Assembly (NCBI GenBank): GCA_965656495.1
Contig: CBFHKU010000002.1
Span: forward strand, 169,161 to 233,160
DNA from: Coraliomargaritaceae bacterium
GTDB lineage: Bacteria > Verrucomicrobiota > Verrucomicrobiia > Opitutales > Coraliomargaritaceae
Length of the DNA: 64,000 nucleotides
Reading direction: 5' to 3'
A program made the position numbers and the translations under genes. The notes beneath the pieces were generated by a model. It did not search any database, was not told the DNA's origin, and saw only the letters and a list, made by a program, of their open reading frames with translations. This document shows positions 50,277 to 62,300 of the stretch, piece by piece. Position 1 is the first letter of the stretch. Every line of letters starts with the position of its first letter.

Positions 50277-50525
50277 TCAGCTTTTTAAGCGATCTTTACG
50301 CTTGACCTTACTGTTTAAGCTTGGTGCGCGCCCGTCCCGCGCCTCAACCACCTGTTTTAAAAGGATTGCAGCCGCCTCTACTTTTGAAATCCCACGCGCT
50401 TCCCCAAGTTGCTCCGAGCGTTTTAATAACTGCCGCGCCATCACTTCCGCTTGCGCCGGGCTCGCCCCCATCGCCTCAAAAAAACGCGTCACCGCTCCAA
50501 GGTCCGTTGCATCCGTCTCGCTCAT
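50277..50525 (-). CDS. Small hypothetical protein (82 aa) translationally coupled to ygfZ
   Basis: MSETDATDLG... starts in an ATGA overlap with the ygfZ stop codon. Helical, AEVMARQLLKRSEQL. Confidence 0.65.
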   Translation of the reverse strand: MSETDATDLGAVTRFFEAMGASPAQAEVMARQLLKRSEQLGEARGISKVEAAAILLKQVVEARDGRAPSLNSKVKRKDRLKS

Positions 50526-51442
50526 CGCACCGGCCCCATTGCATCGCCCGCAGTCACCGGCGCCCCGTCGCAAAGCAAGCCCGACCCCATCCGATTCAAC
50601 TTCAAAATCGCCACCCCCGTCCATCCGGAATCCGTCGCATACGCGCTCCGCAATTCCCCCGCCGGGCGTTCCTCGCCCTCCCGCATCAAAGCCGCCGGTA
50701 ATTCCGGAACCGAGCCCTCGCCCGATACACGATACAAACCCCGCCGCGCCTGTCCGAGATTGTGCATCCGTAAAATCGACTCCTGCCCCAAAAAACAACC
50801 CTTCGTCGTGCAGACCGCCTCGCCCACCAATCCGGCCTCACCCGGCAGATCCGCCGCACCGAGTTCCCCGGGGATCGCCGGGTAGCCCGCCGCAATCCGT
50901 TCCAATTCAATCGACACTCCCTCCACCGCGTGCGCCCCCGCCGCCTGCAGTTTTACCACTGCCGCCTCCGCCGCCGCTACATCCTCAAAGCAGGCATCAA
51001 AATGCGCCCCGCGCGCGCGCCGCCCGGGATAACAAACCGCCCCTGCTCCTTCGATAAAACCACCCGCCTCCGGAACCGCGCCGAAAAGCTCCGACACCGC
51101 CCCCTCCGCGTCCTTCCCCTGCACCATCAAAAGCGTCGATCCTTCAAGCACCTCCATCTCCACCTCATCCGCGATAATGTGCCGCTCCAGCATCTCCCGC
51201 ATATCCTCCCCCCCGGTTCCCATACTCAGAATTTCAAAGGTCTCCGGGTCCCGGCACCACACCCAGCTGTCCGCTTGCACCTTCCCCTTCGCGTTCAGCC
51301 ATAAACCATACACGCAGAGACCCGCCTCCGGTGTCCGCAGATCCGCACTGAATTGACTGTTCAAAAAAGCGGCGGCATCTTCACCCCATATCCGCAAATG
51401 ACACGCAGGCCTCGCCTTATAAAAACTCACAAATTCAGTCAT
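50522..51442 (-). CDS. ygfZ: Folate-binding YgfZ/GcvT-like protein
   Basis: GEDAAAFLNSQ, LNAKGK, signature KGCFLGQE. Confidence 0.85.
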   Translation of the reverse strand: MTEFVSFYKARPACHLRIWGEDAAAFLNSQFSADLRTPEAGLCVYGLWLNAKGKVQADSWVWCRDPETFEILSMGTGGEDMREMLERHIIADEVEMEVLEGSTLLMVQGKDAEGAVSELFGAVPEAGGFIEGAGAVCYPGRRARGAHFDACFEDVAAAEAAVVKLQAAGAHAVEGVSIELERIAAGYPAIPGELGAADLPGEAGLVGEAVCTTKGCFLGQESILRMHNLGQARRGLYRVSGEGSVPELPAALMREGEERPAGELRSAYATDSGWTGVAILKLNRMGSGLLCDGAPVTAGDAMGPVR

Positions 51443-51545
51443 CACCAATAAAGTTCCCAATTCTCAGGACTTTTTCAACCCTTCTTCCAAACTCCTTCAA
51501 TTCAGACTTGTGACCACCCTCACCCTACTCTAATCATCCCCTCCT

Positions 51546-52598
<1,053 letters not shown>

Positions 52599-52846
52599 AA
52601 AGTAACCCACTGGCCAACCAATAGCATGGTGCCAGTGATGCCGTTTAAAAAGAAACGCATACCGGAGCTTCTCAGCTACGATACATTCATGCTTAGAGCG
52701 GTCGATGACATCGATGAGGACTAACGCTCCCAGATGGAGTGCGTGCACCGCATCAAAGTGAAGAACACTTCAATGTGGAAGCAGATCGGCAAACGAGCCG
52801 AGAGTGTTTCCTTACCCCTAAAGATTAAAGACCTGAGTTAATAGAA

Positions 52847-53989
52847 TCAGGGAGCTAATTTTGCAGGCTCTTCAAGTATTTCCAAAACAGCCTCAGCATG
52901 ATAGACGCGGTCGCGCTTCGAATGACCCACTTGCTTCATAATGCCCTTACCTTCCAAAACCTTTATCGCTTTGCTAGCTGTATTAAAGGATACGCCTAAC
53001 TCTTTTTCGAGACCTCGGGGCGTAATGTAAGGGTTGGCCGCCAGACTTTCTACGACATTGTAAGTCGCTTTTGGCGTGCTTCCGCTTACATCTGCCTTCC
53101 AACGTTCCAGTATAATGTTGATTCGCTCAGCACGACTTAACGCATCTTCGCACTGACGAATAACGCCGTTTAGAAAATAATCGAACCATCCAGACCAGTC
53201 ACCCTGAAAGCTCACCGCATTCAAGCGCTCATAGTAATTGCTCCGGCTGGCTTCGAAAAATGCGCTCAGATAAAGAAACGGACCGGGAAGCGCATTCCGT
53301 TCGCACAATAGCAAGGTGATGAGCAAACGACCAATTCGACCGTTGCCATCCAAAAACGGGTGAATTACTTCAAACTGGTAATGCATCAAAGCGGCTGTCA
53401 GCAGGAGGGGAAGTTCAGAGGTATGTATAAAATTTTCCCAGTCGCCTAAACATTTATTTAGGAAGTCAGGGGGCGGAGGAACGAAGGAGGCCTCGCGAAG
53501 CGTGCATCCGGGTGTTCCAATCCAATTTTGTGTCTTCCGGAGTTCGCCTGGAGTGGCATGCTCTCCGCGAACACCAGTCATCAGGATTTCATGCATCTCG
53601 CGAACTAACCTAAGTGAAAGTGGCAGTTCGGCTGATCGGCGCAGACCATGCTCCAAAGCAGTTACATAATTACCAACTTCCCGTAAATCGTCGGGACTCC
53701 GTTCAACATTCGCACCAGCTTCAACCGCCAACAAATCCCCAAGAGTGGCCTGCGTCCCCTCAATGCGGCTCGAATATACAGCCTCACGCTTGATGAAGGG
53801 TCTTATGAACAAATGGGGATTTGGGAGTCTTCGCGCTTCGCCTCCGAGTCGCCCAAGAATCTGATCGGCGGCGGACAACTTCGTGACTAATGCCGGGCTC
53901 CATTCAATTTCAGGTGGTAGGCGATGCGGATAGAACGCCTTATAGCCTTCTAGCGTTTTTCGCCAGATGCCTGCTGTACTATTATCCAT
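52847..53989 (-). CDS. Fic family protein (Fic/DOC N-terminal domain, Fic domain, C-terminal HTH)
   Basis: EAVYSSRIEGT (inhibitory-type motif), HPFLDGNGRIGR, C-terminal wHTH-like region. Confidence 0.93.
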   Translation of the reverse strand: MDNSTAGIWRKTLEGYKAFYPHRLPPEIEWSPALVTKLSAADQILGRLGGEARRLPNPHLFIRPFIKREAVYSSRIEGTQATLGDLLAVEAGANVERSPDDLREVGNYVTALEHGLRRSAELPLSLRLVREMHEILMTGVRGEHATPGELRKTQNWIGTPGCTLREASFVPPPPDFLNKCLGDWENFIHTSELPLLLTAALMHYQFEVIHPFLDGNGRIGRLLITLLLCERNALPGPFLYLSAFFEASRSNYYERLNAVSFQGDWSGWFDYFLNGVIRQCEDALSRAERINIILERWKADVSGSTPKATYNVVESLAANPYITPRGLEKELGVSFNTASKAIKVLEGKGIMKQVGHSKRDRVYHAEAVLEILEEPAKLAP

Positions 53990-53991
53990 AC

Positions 53992-54057
53992 TGAAATAAT
54001 AAGACCTCTTATTTCACAAAAGTCAATATTCGTGAAATAACATGAACCACTATTTCA
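53992..54057. promoter_or_regulatory. Tandem inverted-repeat operators TGAAATAA-N9-(T/C)TATTTCA flanking a -35 TTGACT
   Basis: Sites at 53992-54016 and 54033-54057. Minus-strand TTGACT at 54026-54021 and TATTAT at 54001-53996. Confidence 0.65.
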
Positions 54058-54171
54058 AATCGTGAGATTGCCCCCTGACATCCACATATCCTCCAATAGC
54101 GAAGCCGCTCTCGCCCCACTCTTTCAAGGCTAGTATAGCAAGGACCTTCCAAAAGAAGATATCAAAAGCCG

Positions 54172-55938
54172 TTAAGGATCTACTTCGATTTCGACCGCAA
54201 AAAAACGGGTGGTGTAATTTCCAGAATCTACTTGCGTCGAGTTACCGAGCAAGGAGCTGGTATGCACCGTAAAAGGCTGCAAGAGATCCTCTGTTGCCAT
54301 GAGGCGATAAGTGACCCCATACGCACCCGGCCACTCCAAATTGAACCGCTCTGCGTCAAACCTATCTATTTCGAGAAAGGGCAGCTGGAGATCTTCGGGG
54401 GCCGTTATCGCCGAAGTATTTCCAAGTACCGTCATACCATCAGCGGCGGGCTCAGCGCGTATTGCCTGTGATAGCTGATAGACGATCGAAGCGTACTCAG
54501 GTTTCTCTGACAAATTAACGGTTTCCTGTGGGTCGTTGACGTAATCGTATAGATCGGTAGCCACTCTATTGGCGCCATAGATCCATTCGATGTAGCGGAA
54601 ACGTTGAGTGCGGTAGGCGTAACCAAAACCGTTTTTCCTGAAGACGCTTAGAGCGCCGTAATTAACATTGGCTTGTGGGTTTTGGAAAATTGGAATGAGG
54701 CTGCGCCCACGGAGGGAACGACCGGTAAGCTCTGTTTCGCTGTTAGGCTGTTCAGGGATAGGAATTCCGGCGAGCTCGCAAAGTGTAGGATAAATATCTA
54801 GGGAGTTCACGGGGCTTTCCACCAAGGCACCTCCGGAGGGATTGGAGGGATCAAAAATAATCAATGGCGCGTGAGTAGCGTGCTCAAGGTTTGAATGCTT
54901 GCCCCAACGGTTGTGTTCCCCAAGGTAAAAACCATGGTCCCCCCAAATGATGACGATTGTGGTTTCGCTCATCATTTTATCGCTTTGAACTGGATCGGGG
55001 GTGACTTCGAGTTTGTCGATTAGTTGCCCCAGAAAAGTGTCTACCATAGAAATACAGGCGTAGTAACCGTGCATGAGTTCGCGACCCTCCGCAGCGGAGG
55101 GTACCCCAGTAGAATCAAAAGGTTCATAACCCAGCAATTCGTTGTTATTGTCCAGCATAGCGACAACATTCGCGCTAGCTCCTAAAGGATCTCCAGTGAA
55201 TGCAGGCAAAACCATATCATTCGAGTAATCGCCATCCCCATTAGTATCGTAGAGATCCCAGAAGCGCTTGGGTGCAATAAATCCGAGGTGCGGCTTTTTA
55301 AAACCAACTGCTAGAAAAAACGGCTGTGTTCCCGCGGCGATGGTATCGAGCAAAGCAATACCTTTAGTAAGGATATCATGGTCGACATAGGCCGAATCGG
55401 GTTGATCGGTGTAATCAACCGCAGGCTTCCCTGAGGGCGAAAACCCAGAACCGCCGCCGCTGTTGTATGGGATCGACCAAGATAAAGGGTCATCCACATT
55501 TCGCCCGTCGTTATTGAGGTTTCCACCAGAGTCGTAAGTTCCGACTGTGCGGTTATCATGAAATTTTCCAGCACAGGCAGTGGCGTAACCATTATTCTTA
55601 AAATGCTGCGGCAGGGTCACTACATCTGGAAGTATCGCCCGAATGGGCTGAAAGCCAATAACGCCCGTTTCTTCGGGCATGAGGCTCGTGGTCATCGAGG
55701 CACGGGAGGGCCCGCAAACTGCCCATTGGACATGGTGATTGAGAAACACAAATCCTTGATCCGCCAACGAATCAATTTCGGGACTCAGGGCAACTGGATC
55801 TCCATAACAACCCAGGCGCGGCACGAGATCATCAATCGCGATGAATAAAAAATTCGGTTTTTCAGAGGCGATAAGCGTTGCGCCAAGCAGAATACTCAGG
55901 CAAGCACTCCAAATGGGCTTACTGAATAAGTTACTCAT
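54172..55938 (-). CDS. Iduronate-2-sulfatase-like S1 sulfatase with extra C-terminal ~70-aa domain
   Basis: KPNFLFIAIDDL, CGPSR, GKFH, GFKKPHL, GDHGFYLGEH. Start MSNLFSK at 55938. Confidence 0.9.
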   Translation of the reverse strand: MSNLFSKPIWSACLSILLGATLIASEKPNFLFIAIDDLVPRLGCYGDPVALSPEIDSLADQGFVFLNHHVQWAVCGPSRASMTTSLMPEETGVIGFQPIRAILPDVVTLPQHFKNNGYATACAGKFHDNRTVGTYDSGGNLNNDGRNVDDPLSWSIPYNSGGGSGFSPSGKPAVDYTDQPDSAYVDHDILTKGIALLDTIAAGTQPFFLAVGFKKPHLGFIAPKRFWDLYDTNGDGDYSNDMVLPAFTGDPLGASANVVAMLDNNNELLGYEPFDSTGVPSAAEGRELMHGYYACISMVDTFLGQLIDKLEVTPDPVQSDKMMSETTIVIIWGDHGFYLGEHNRWGKHSNLEHATHAPLIIFDPSNPSGGALVESPVNSLDIYPTLCELAGIPIPEQPNSETELTGRSLRGRSLIPIFQNPQANVNYGALSVFRKNGFGYAYRTQRFRYIEWIYGANRVATDLYDYVNDPQETVNLSEKPEYASIVYQLSQAIRAEPAADGMTVLGNTSAITAPEDLQLPFLEIDRFDAERFNLEWPGAYGVTYRLMATEDLLQPFTVHTSSLLGNSTQVDSGNYTTRFFAVEIEVDP

Positions 55939-55975
55939 GGCAATGGCACGTTTAGAAGTTACCCAAATCGATGGA

Positions 55976-56716
55976 CTACTCGACTGACAAGGTAAAGTCA
56001 TCGACACAGACGATATCGCTGGTTTGCCAACTATTCTTTCCGTTGATGGTTTGCTGAGCAGTACGGAATCCGCTGATGGCTGCAGATTTCGGCAGCGTGC
56101 CGGTTTCCAGTGCGCAGTAGGCATCGCCAGCCCCCTCCTTTAAGAAAATTTTCAAGGCACCTGCAACTTCCGGGTTATCCATATCAAAGCGTAGACGCAC
56201 CTGTAGGGGCGCTTCTAATCCAACCGCAGGAATCGAGTGAATGTCTGAATAAAGTTTCGCATCGTGCGACTTATATTGTATCAGAATTTTGTCTTTATCG
56301 TAACGCAAACGAAGCCCCGCCAAGACGAGATCGTCCTTTGTATTTTGCCGTGTGCCTTTCAAATCGCGCACTTCAAAACCGACATTTGCAGTACCTGAAG
56401 CGGCTGCGGTTTTGGTGAAATCGACCTTGGTAAAAACCCAGCTGACCTCACAAATCCCCTTTTTTATTGATTCTCCGTTGAATTCAGTCAGCCGAAAGGT
56501 GTGTTCAGTACTGCCGTCATAGGAAAACTCCAACTCGTTATTCCTGATAACCGCAATTGCACTCGCACCGGAAAAAAATCCTGTACCTAAATTACTTTTT
56601 ACTTTGGTTAGGGGCGTTGCCTCGGGAGCGGTGAAATCCCATATTTCTTGTGTCGCTCCAAACAAAGCACACTGTGAGGAGATCATTGAAATTAATAATA
56701 CTTTGGATTTCATCAA
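55976..56716 (-). CDS. Hypothetical secreted beta-rich protein
   Basis: Signal peptide then EIWDF. Beta-strand pattern ending VDDFTL. Confidence 0.7.
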   Translation of the reverse strand: MMKSKVLLISMISSQCALFGATQEIWDFTAPEATPLTKVKSNLGTGFFSGASAIAVIRNNELEFSYDGSTEHTFRLTEFNGESIKKGICEVSWVFTKVDFTKTAAASGTANVGFEVRDLKGTRQNTKDDLVLAGLRLRYDKDKILIQYKSHDAKLYSDIHSIPAVGLEAPLQVRLRFDMDNPEVAGALKIFLKEGAGDAYCALETGTLPKSAAISGFRTAQQTINGKNSWQTSDIVCVDDFTLSVE

Positions 56717-56756
56717 TTTACGTTGGGTTGTTGGTTACTGTATACAAAATTGAACT

Positions 56757-59186
56757 TTATACCTGCGCCGGCATGACTGCCCCTATCGTGACTTCAACCG
56801 AAACCGTCTGGCCCGAAGGAAAAAATGGTATGCAGTTTCCATCAATGGGCATTCCATCCACTTTGAGTTGCAAAATACCTTTGGAAACTTTTTCGGGATT
56901 TTGAACCTGAATCCGGTAAGTGGCACCACGGAATTCACGAACCACCGAAAAATGGCTCCAGTCCCCGGGAATACAGGGATCAACAATCAGACCTTCATGA
57001 GAGGGCCGCACACCCAAAATATACTGCGTGGCGGCTTGGTAAGTCCACGAGGCCGTACCCGATAGCCAACTGTTGCGCCCCAGTCCAAATTGTGGGTGCT
57101 CGTCACCTAGAATATTTTGCGCATAGCAATAAGGTTCAATCTCATAGGTATCGATGCAGTCATTCTTGGCAGCCGGATTGATCTGATTATAATATTGGAA
57201 GGCACGATCGCCATTTCCAAGCAGCGTCTCCGCAATCATAATCCAGGGATTGGAGTGCAGGAAGATGCCGCCGTTTTCCTTGGCGCCGGGTGGATAGGTC
57301 GTCACCCCACCTTTTTCGGGATCAAAACGTGTGTAGCCGGGTCCGCTGAGCTTGATACCATTTTCGGTATTGAGATGCCGATTGACCGCATCCAAGGCAC
57401 TGCTGGCGCGTTCTTCGGTCGCGAAACCGGAAATTACGGGCCAGGACTGTCCATTCGTAAAAATCTTACCCTCCTCATTTTTCTTCGACCCGATTGCTTC
57501 CCCATTTTCTTCAAAATAACGCACATACCATTCACCGTCCCAAGCGTGTTCATTGACTCGTTCCCGCATCACTTCCCAATCTGCCTGATATGCATCGGCC
57601 TCTCCTTCGCGGCCAAGATGACGCAGTAAAGCGATCAGCTCACGCAGCGCCACGCCGTATAAATTGGCGTTAAAGAGGCTCTCCGCATCTCCCGGTAAAT
57701 TCACGGTGTCGTTCCAGTCGGCAAAACCGAGCAGCGGCAGGCCATGACGCCCGACATTCGCCTTGGTAAAGGCAAGCGCCCGAAGCAAGTGCTCAAGTAC
57801 CGGAGCGCATTCACGCGCCTCAAGGGGCAACTGCTTGTCATAGAAAGTAATTCCCTCGTCAAGAAATGCGTAATCACCCGTTTCCTTCAAGTAGGCGCAC
57901 ATCGCAAGTACCCCCCATAAATGATCATCGCAATATGTGTGTTTGTCACCCTCTTCGCGAGAATCGCCCTCATTTGCTTCCATGGTGAGCGGGAAAAATT
58001 GATGCATCGCAGAGCCATCGGGCTTCTGCACACTCATTAATTTCCGAAGCAAAGCCTTGGCCTCCTCAGGGGCGCTAGCACATACACCCATGATATCCTG
58101 AGTCGAGTCACGGAACCCAATGCCACGCGCGCCATAGCCCAATTGATACAGCGAAAGCCCACGCGACCAATTCAGGGTGGTTTGGCACTGTCGCGGATTA
58201 TGGACATTCACCATCGAGTCAAAGGCGGGGTCGGGAGTATCACACTGCATCTTCGAGAGATAATCATCCCAATAGGAACGCAACTCCGCAAAAGCGGCAT
58301 CAATCTGCGCTGGATCGCGGTAACGCTCAACCGTTTCCTTAATGCGGTTCGTTTTGTCCTGCCCCAAAAGAGTAATGATCCGAGAGGTCTGCCCCGGTTG
58401 CAGGGTTTCGCACCGGTGAAGCAAAGCTGCAATGACGTTGCCACGCCGTGCTTCGGTATTGGAGAGGTGTTCGTTCTGAAGCTCCTGAGGCGCTTTCCAT
58501 GTGCCGTAACCATTGCTGCCCAGAAAGCGTTCACGGTCACTCTGGTATGAATCAACCGTATGATTTGAAGTAAAGAAGTTGCGCTCTAGTTCATGCTTCA
58601 TGAATGCAGATTGCTTAAGTACAACAAGACCATCGGCCTCCTGCTCGGCGTCGACCTGCATGGTCTGGGGTACCCAGTCCGCATTCACAATTTGCTTGAG
58701 CGCATCAAAGTGGCTGAACTCAACCACTGGAATGATGTCGATATCCAATGTTTCCTCGCTCTTGTTCGTTACCCGGATATCGCGCACCACCGCCTTCGCG
58801 CCCGGCGGTACAAAAATCGTGACCTCCGTCTCAATACCCAAATAGACCGAGGTGATCCTTTGATAGGAAAGACCCACCCGACATTCGTACGAATCCAAGG
58901 CATCCAGAGTGGGAACAAAAAAAGGCGAAAAAACCTTAAAACTTCCGTCCGCTTGTCGCATCCTGATGTAGAGGGTCTCCCCTTTGAAATCCGAATCCGG
59001 CATCTGCGGAATATATTTAACGATCCGATTCAAGGCCGGATCCTGTGCGCAAATACAAGCACCGCCGGTGTGGTCAATCAGTCCACCAAAAGCGAGGGTA
59101 CCCACATAGTTGATCCATTTGGCAGGCGTGCGCGGGTCGGTAATCACGTATTCGCGATTTGCATCATCAAAATAGCCGTATTCCAT
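56757..59186 (-). CDS. GH94 glycoside phosphorylase (cellobiose/chitobiose phosphorylase-like)
   Basis: MEYGYFDDANREYVI, GIGFRDSTQD, GFADWND, KENGGIF, SWLSGTASW. Confidence 0.93.
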   Translation of the reverse strand: MEYGYFDDANREYVITDPRTPAKWINYVGTLAFGGLIDHTGGACICAQDPALNRIVKYIPQMPDSDFKGETLYIRMRQADGSFKVFSPFFVPTLDALDSYECRVGLSYQRITSVYLGIETEVTIFVPPGAKAVVRDIRVTNKSEETLDIDIIPVVEFSHFDALKQIVNADWVPQTMQVDAEQEADGLVVLKQSAFMKHELERNFFTSNHTVDSYQSDRERFLGSNGYGTWKAPQELQNEHLSNTEARRGNVIAALLHRCETLQPGQTSRIITLLGQDKTNRIKETVERYRDPAQIDAAFAELRSYWDDYLSKMQCDTPDPAFDSMVNVHNPRQCQTTLNWSRGLSLYQLGYGARGIGFRDSTQDIMGVCASAPEEAKALLRKLMSVQKPDGSAMHQFFPLTMEANEGDSREEGDKHTYCDDHLWGVLAMCAYLKETGDYAFLDEGITFYDKQLPLEARECAPVLEHLLRALAFTKANVGRHGLPLLGFADWNDTVNLPGDAESLFNANLYGVALRELIALLRHLGREGEADAYQADWEVMRERVNEHAWDGEWYVRYFEENGEAIGSKKNEEGKIFTNGQSWPVISGFATEERASSALDAVNRHLNTENGIKLSGPGYTRFDPEKGGVTTYPPGAKENGGIFLHSNPWIMIAETLLGNGDRAFQYYNQINPAAKNDCIDTYEIEPYCYAQNILGDEHPQFGLGRNSWLSGTASWTYQAATQYILGVRPSHEGLIVDPCIPGDWSHFSVVREFRGATYRIQVQNPEKVSKGILQLKVDGMPIDGNCIPFFPSGQTVSVEVTIGAVMPAQV

Positions 59187-59306
59187 TGATTGGTAATTAT
59201 TTATAAATTTTTAGTTTTGATATATACAATAATACTGAATTAATAAGTTTGGACAGCAAGGTAGTGCTTCATTCAAATTGGATTACTTTACAATGCAGGA
59301 GCGCAC

Positions 59307-62300
59307 TCAGGGAAGATTAAGAAGAATGCGCGCAAAGCCCTTTTCCCCCTCGGGCAAGTCTCGCTGAACCGCCTGACCTGCCGGCGAGGCAAGAATCTCT
59401 TGAGGGATTGTTTCCCAATCGACCAAATCAACCGAATACTGAAGGGTGTATAAAAGACCGGAAGTGTCGCGTACCGGAGTAAATTCGAGTACAGGGCTTG
59501 CTCCCTGATAGCCTATCTGAATAGGGCTTGTGGAATTTTTCTGAGTTGGGGACATGCCGAAGGCAAATTCTTCGAGATTAGAGAAGCCGTCATGGTCGGG
59601 ATCCTGACTTGCCTCCGTCGCAAGTATACCATCCCATTTATATGCGGAAACAAAGGCATCGTAGATAGTTCCTGCAGGCACCGATTCGGTTAGCTTAATA
59701 TGCTCAAGGGTAACGGTTGTCGCGGCAGTTGCCCAGAGCCCTCCCTTGGAAAAGATGAGCTGGCCAATGGCGCCACCCTCAAAAGTAAAACTTTCAATCA
59801 CCGCTCCATCTAAAAGATAATCTATGGTGTCATTATCAAAGTCTATTTCAACCGCCGCGGTTACCGGGTCGTTTTTTATAAGGGCAAAGGCCCGAGTGCG
59901 GTAGTTTCCCCCAAAGCCGCCATACTGGATCTTAGCCTCACCCGAGTCTACGCGCCAGCTCATGCTGGCGATACGCGAACCCGTGGCGTCATTCAGACGT
60001 ATCTGCCAGTCGTCGCCATTGCTTGCGGCATCCGCGCTCCAGGAGGCGAATGCCACTTCCAACCGGTGTTTACCCGTTGAGACAGGTTCCGCGTAAAAGT
60101 CGGAATCGGTTTTAGCATTCAGCGTTCCGGCATCGGGCAGTTTACGTGTATAGGTACCGCTCGCTCCGTTGAGCACAAATCTACCGCTGCCATCTGCAAC
60201 ATCATTTTTCGAAGCGGTATTAATATTCCAATCACTATTTAAGCTACCAGAATTAGACAATAAACGTAGGCCGTCACCCGGATCTTCACCCTCAAAATCC
60301 CACGCCTCGCGCTCAAGATCCGTTACTTCGGTTTGAGGCAGGTTAAAGGTCACGCTTGCAGAATCCGTTTGGGAGGCACCATCCTCAATGGTATAGGTCA
60401 TCGAGACAGTCCCCGCGAAACCTGGAGGAGCCTGATAGAGAATGTGGGACCCATCGATTGTGGCGGTGCCAGCGGTTGGCGGGGTGATGGCAGTGATTGT
60501 CAGGGCACCCTCACCTTCGTCGTTACCCAAAGGATTAAAACGACGCAATTCTCCTGGAACCGTAGTCACGGTATCGTCGACCGCATCGACCGCAAGTGGG
60601 GTACCGCTAGCGGAAAGTGTTATCAACTTATCTCCGGTATTACCAGCGGCCCAACCGCCGAGGTTTTCTGATTCGATCCGGTAGCGATACTGGCCACCTG
60701 GGATTAGGTTATAATCTCGGAAGGTTGTTGTTTCCACCGGCAAATAGGCATGCTCACGATATGCCGATTCACCCAAAGCATCCGCGCGACGATAGACCAC
60801 GGAATGGGTTGCATTAGTGGCGTTGACCGTCCAGTTCAGCTCGACGGTTTTCGGTGACAATTCCGCCAGAGAAAGCCCGCTCGGGTTGGCATTCGGTACC
60901 GCTGGCAAGGATGGGATCAAACCATTGCGAAGCAGCACTTCATTTTGCTCGGAGGTCCATGAATTCGACCCCGGTTTGGGCATTTTGGTGCCGTGCGAAA
61001 CCACTGCCTCATAAAGCGCCTCGAACATCTCGGCAGCAAGATCGGGGCGACTGTTAGCAAGGTTGTTGCGTTCGTATGGATCAGCAGCAAGATTATAAAG
61101 TTCCACCCGGCGCTGCACAATGAAGTAGAGTAATTTGTAGTCACCCCGTCGGTAGGCTCCAATCGCAGGATTTCCGGTACCCCGATTGGCATTAGTGAAG
61201 AAGTGATACAACTCCTCGCGTGCAGACAACTCCGGCTTCGCCGCTGTTAGCATGAAGCTGATTGAGTCTGTGCTGTTCATTGACTGCGCACCGCCTGCCA
61301 TATCAAGAAAAGTGGCAAACAAATCAGTATGATGAATAAAGGCATCGGTTCTCTCTCCCGAAGGAGTCAGTCCGGGATAGTAAACGATGAGCGGTACTTT
61401 TAAGCCGCCCTCATAGACCCAAGTTTTGCCCTGACGGAAAGGGTAGTTGGAAGTTGGATACGAATTATAGGCATTCGGTGATCCCGATTTGTAGGCGCCC
61501 TTGACGGGATCATAGGTCGGAGCGGAATTTACTGCGTCGATCGTATCATCCTCCAGCGTTTTATTGTCAGCGATTGGAGTGGTCGACTTCCCTCCATGAT
61601 CCGAGGAAACCACCAAAATGGTGGTCTCGGAAAGTTTCATACCGGGATAACGCGGGTCATCAGTCGCGGCAAGATAGGCACGTAACTCTGCAAGGCTATT
61701 ATCATAGCTCCGCATCATGGCGGCGTAGACCACATTGTCCTGCCAAACACGGGTTCGCACGCTATAGTCGGTGATAAGTCCGGAAGCGCCAGCGGGATGT
61801 GCCGCGAAATCTGCCGTCATAGAGGCTTTTTTTTCCTGGAAGTAGGTAATATCGGAAGCTTTTGCTTCTATGGGGGTATGCACCGCGTAGTGCGCAAGGG
61901 TCAGGCAAAAGGCTTTGTCACTGAAATTCGAGATAGCGTCATCAATAAAACCGATTGCCTTGTCGGTGAGGCGATCGGTCAGGTATTCACCGGGAACCGG
62001 GGCACTGCATCCGTAATTGGCATCGTCGAGATTTGGCAGCTCAAAGGTGTAGCTTCCGGAGGCATGCATGTTCTCGACTGAAAAATAGGAAGCAGGCGGG
62101 GCTCCTGCGTGCCCTGCCCCAATACTGACATCGTACCCCTGCATATCCGGACCGCGGGCAGGCTGGTCACCAAAAGTGTAGCCCGTGACCGGAACGATGG
62201 AGGGGGACTCGCCTAAGTGATATTTACCGATGAAGCAGGTGCGGTAACCGGCCGCCTTTAAGGCCTCTCCGTAGGTTTCGTTATCAAAGGGAATTGTCAC

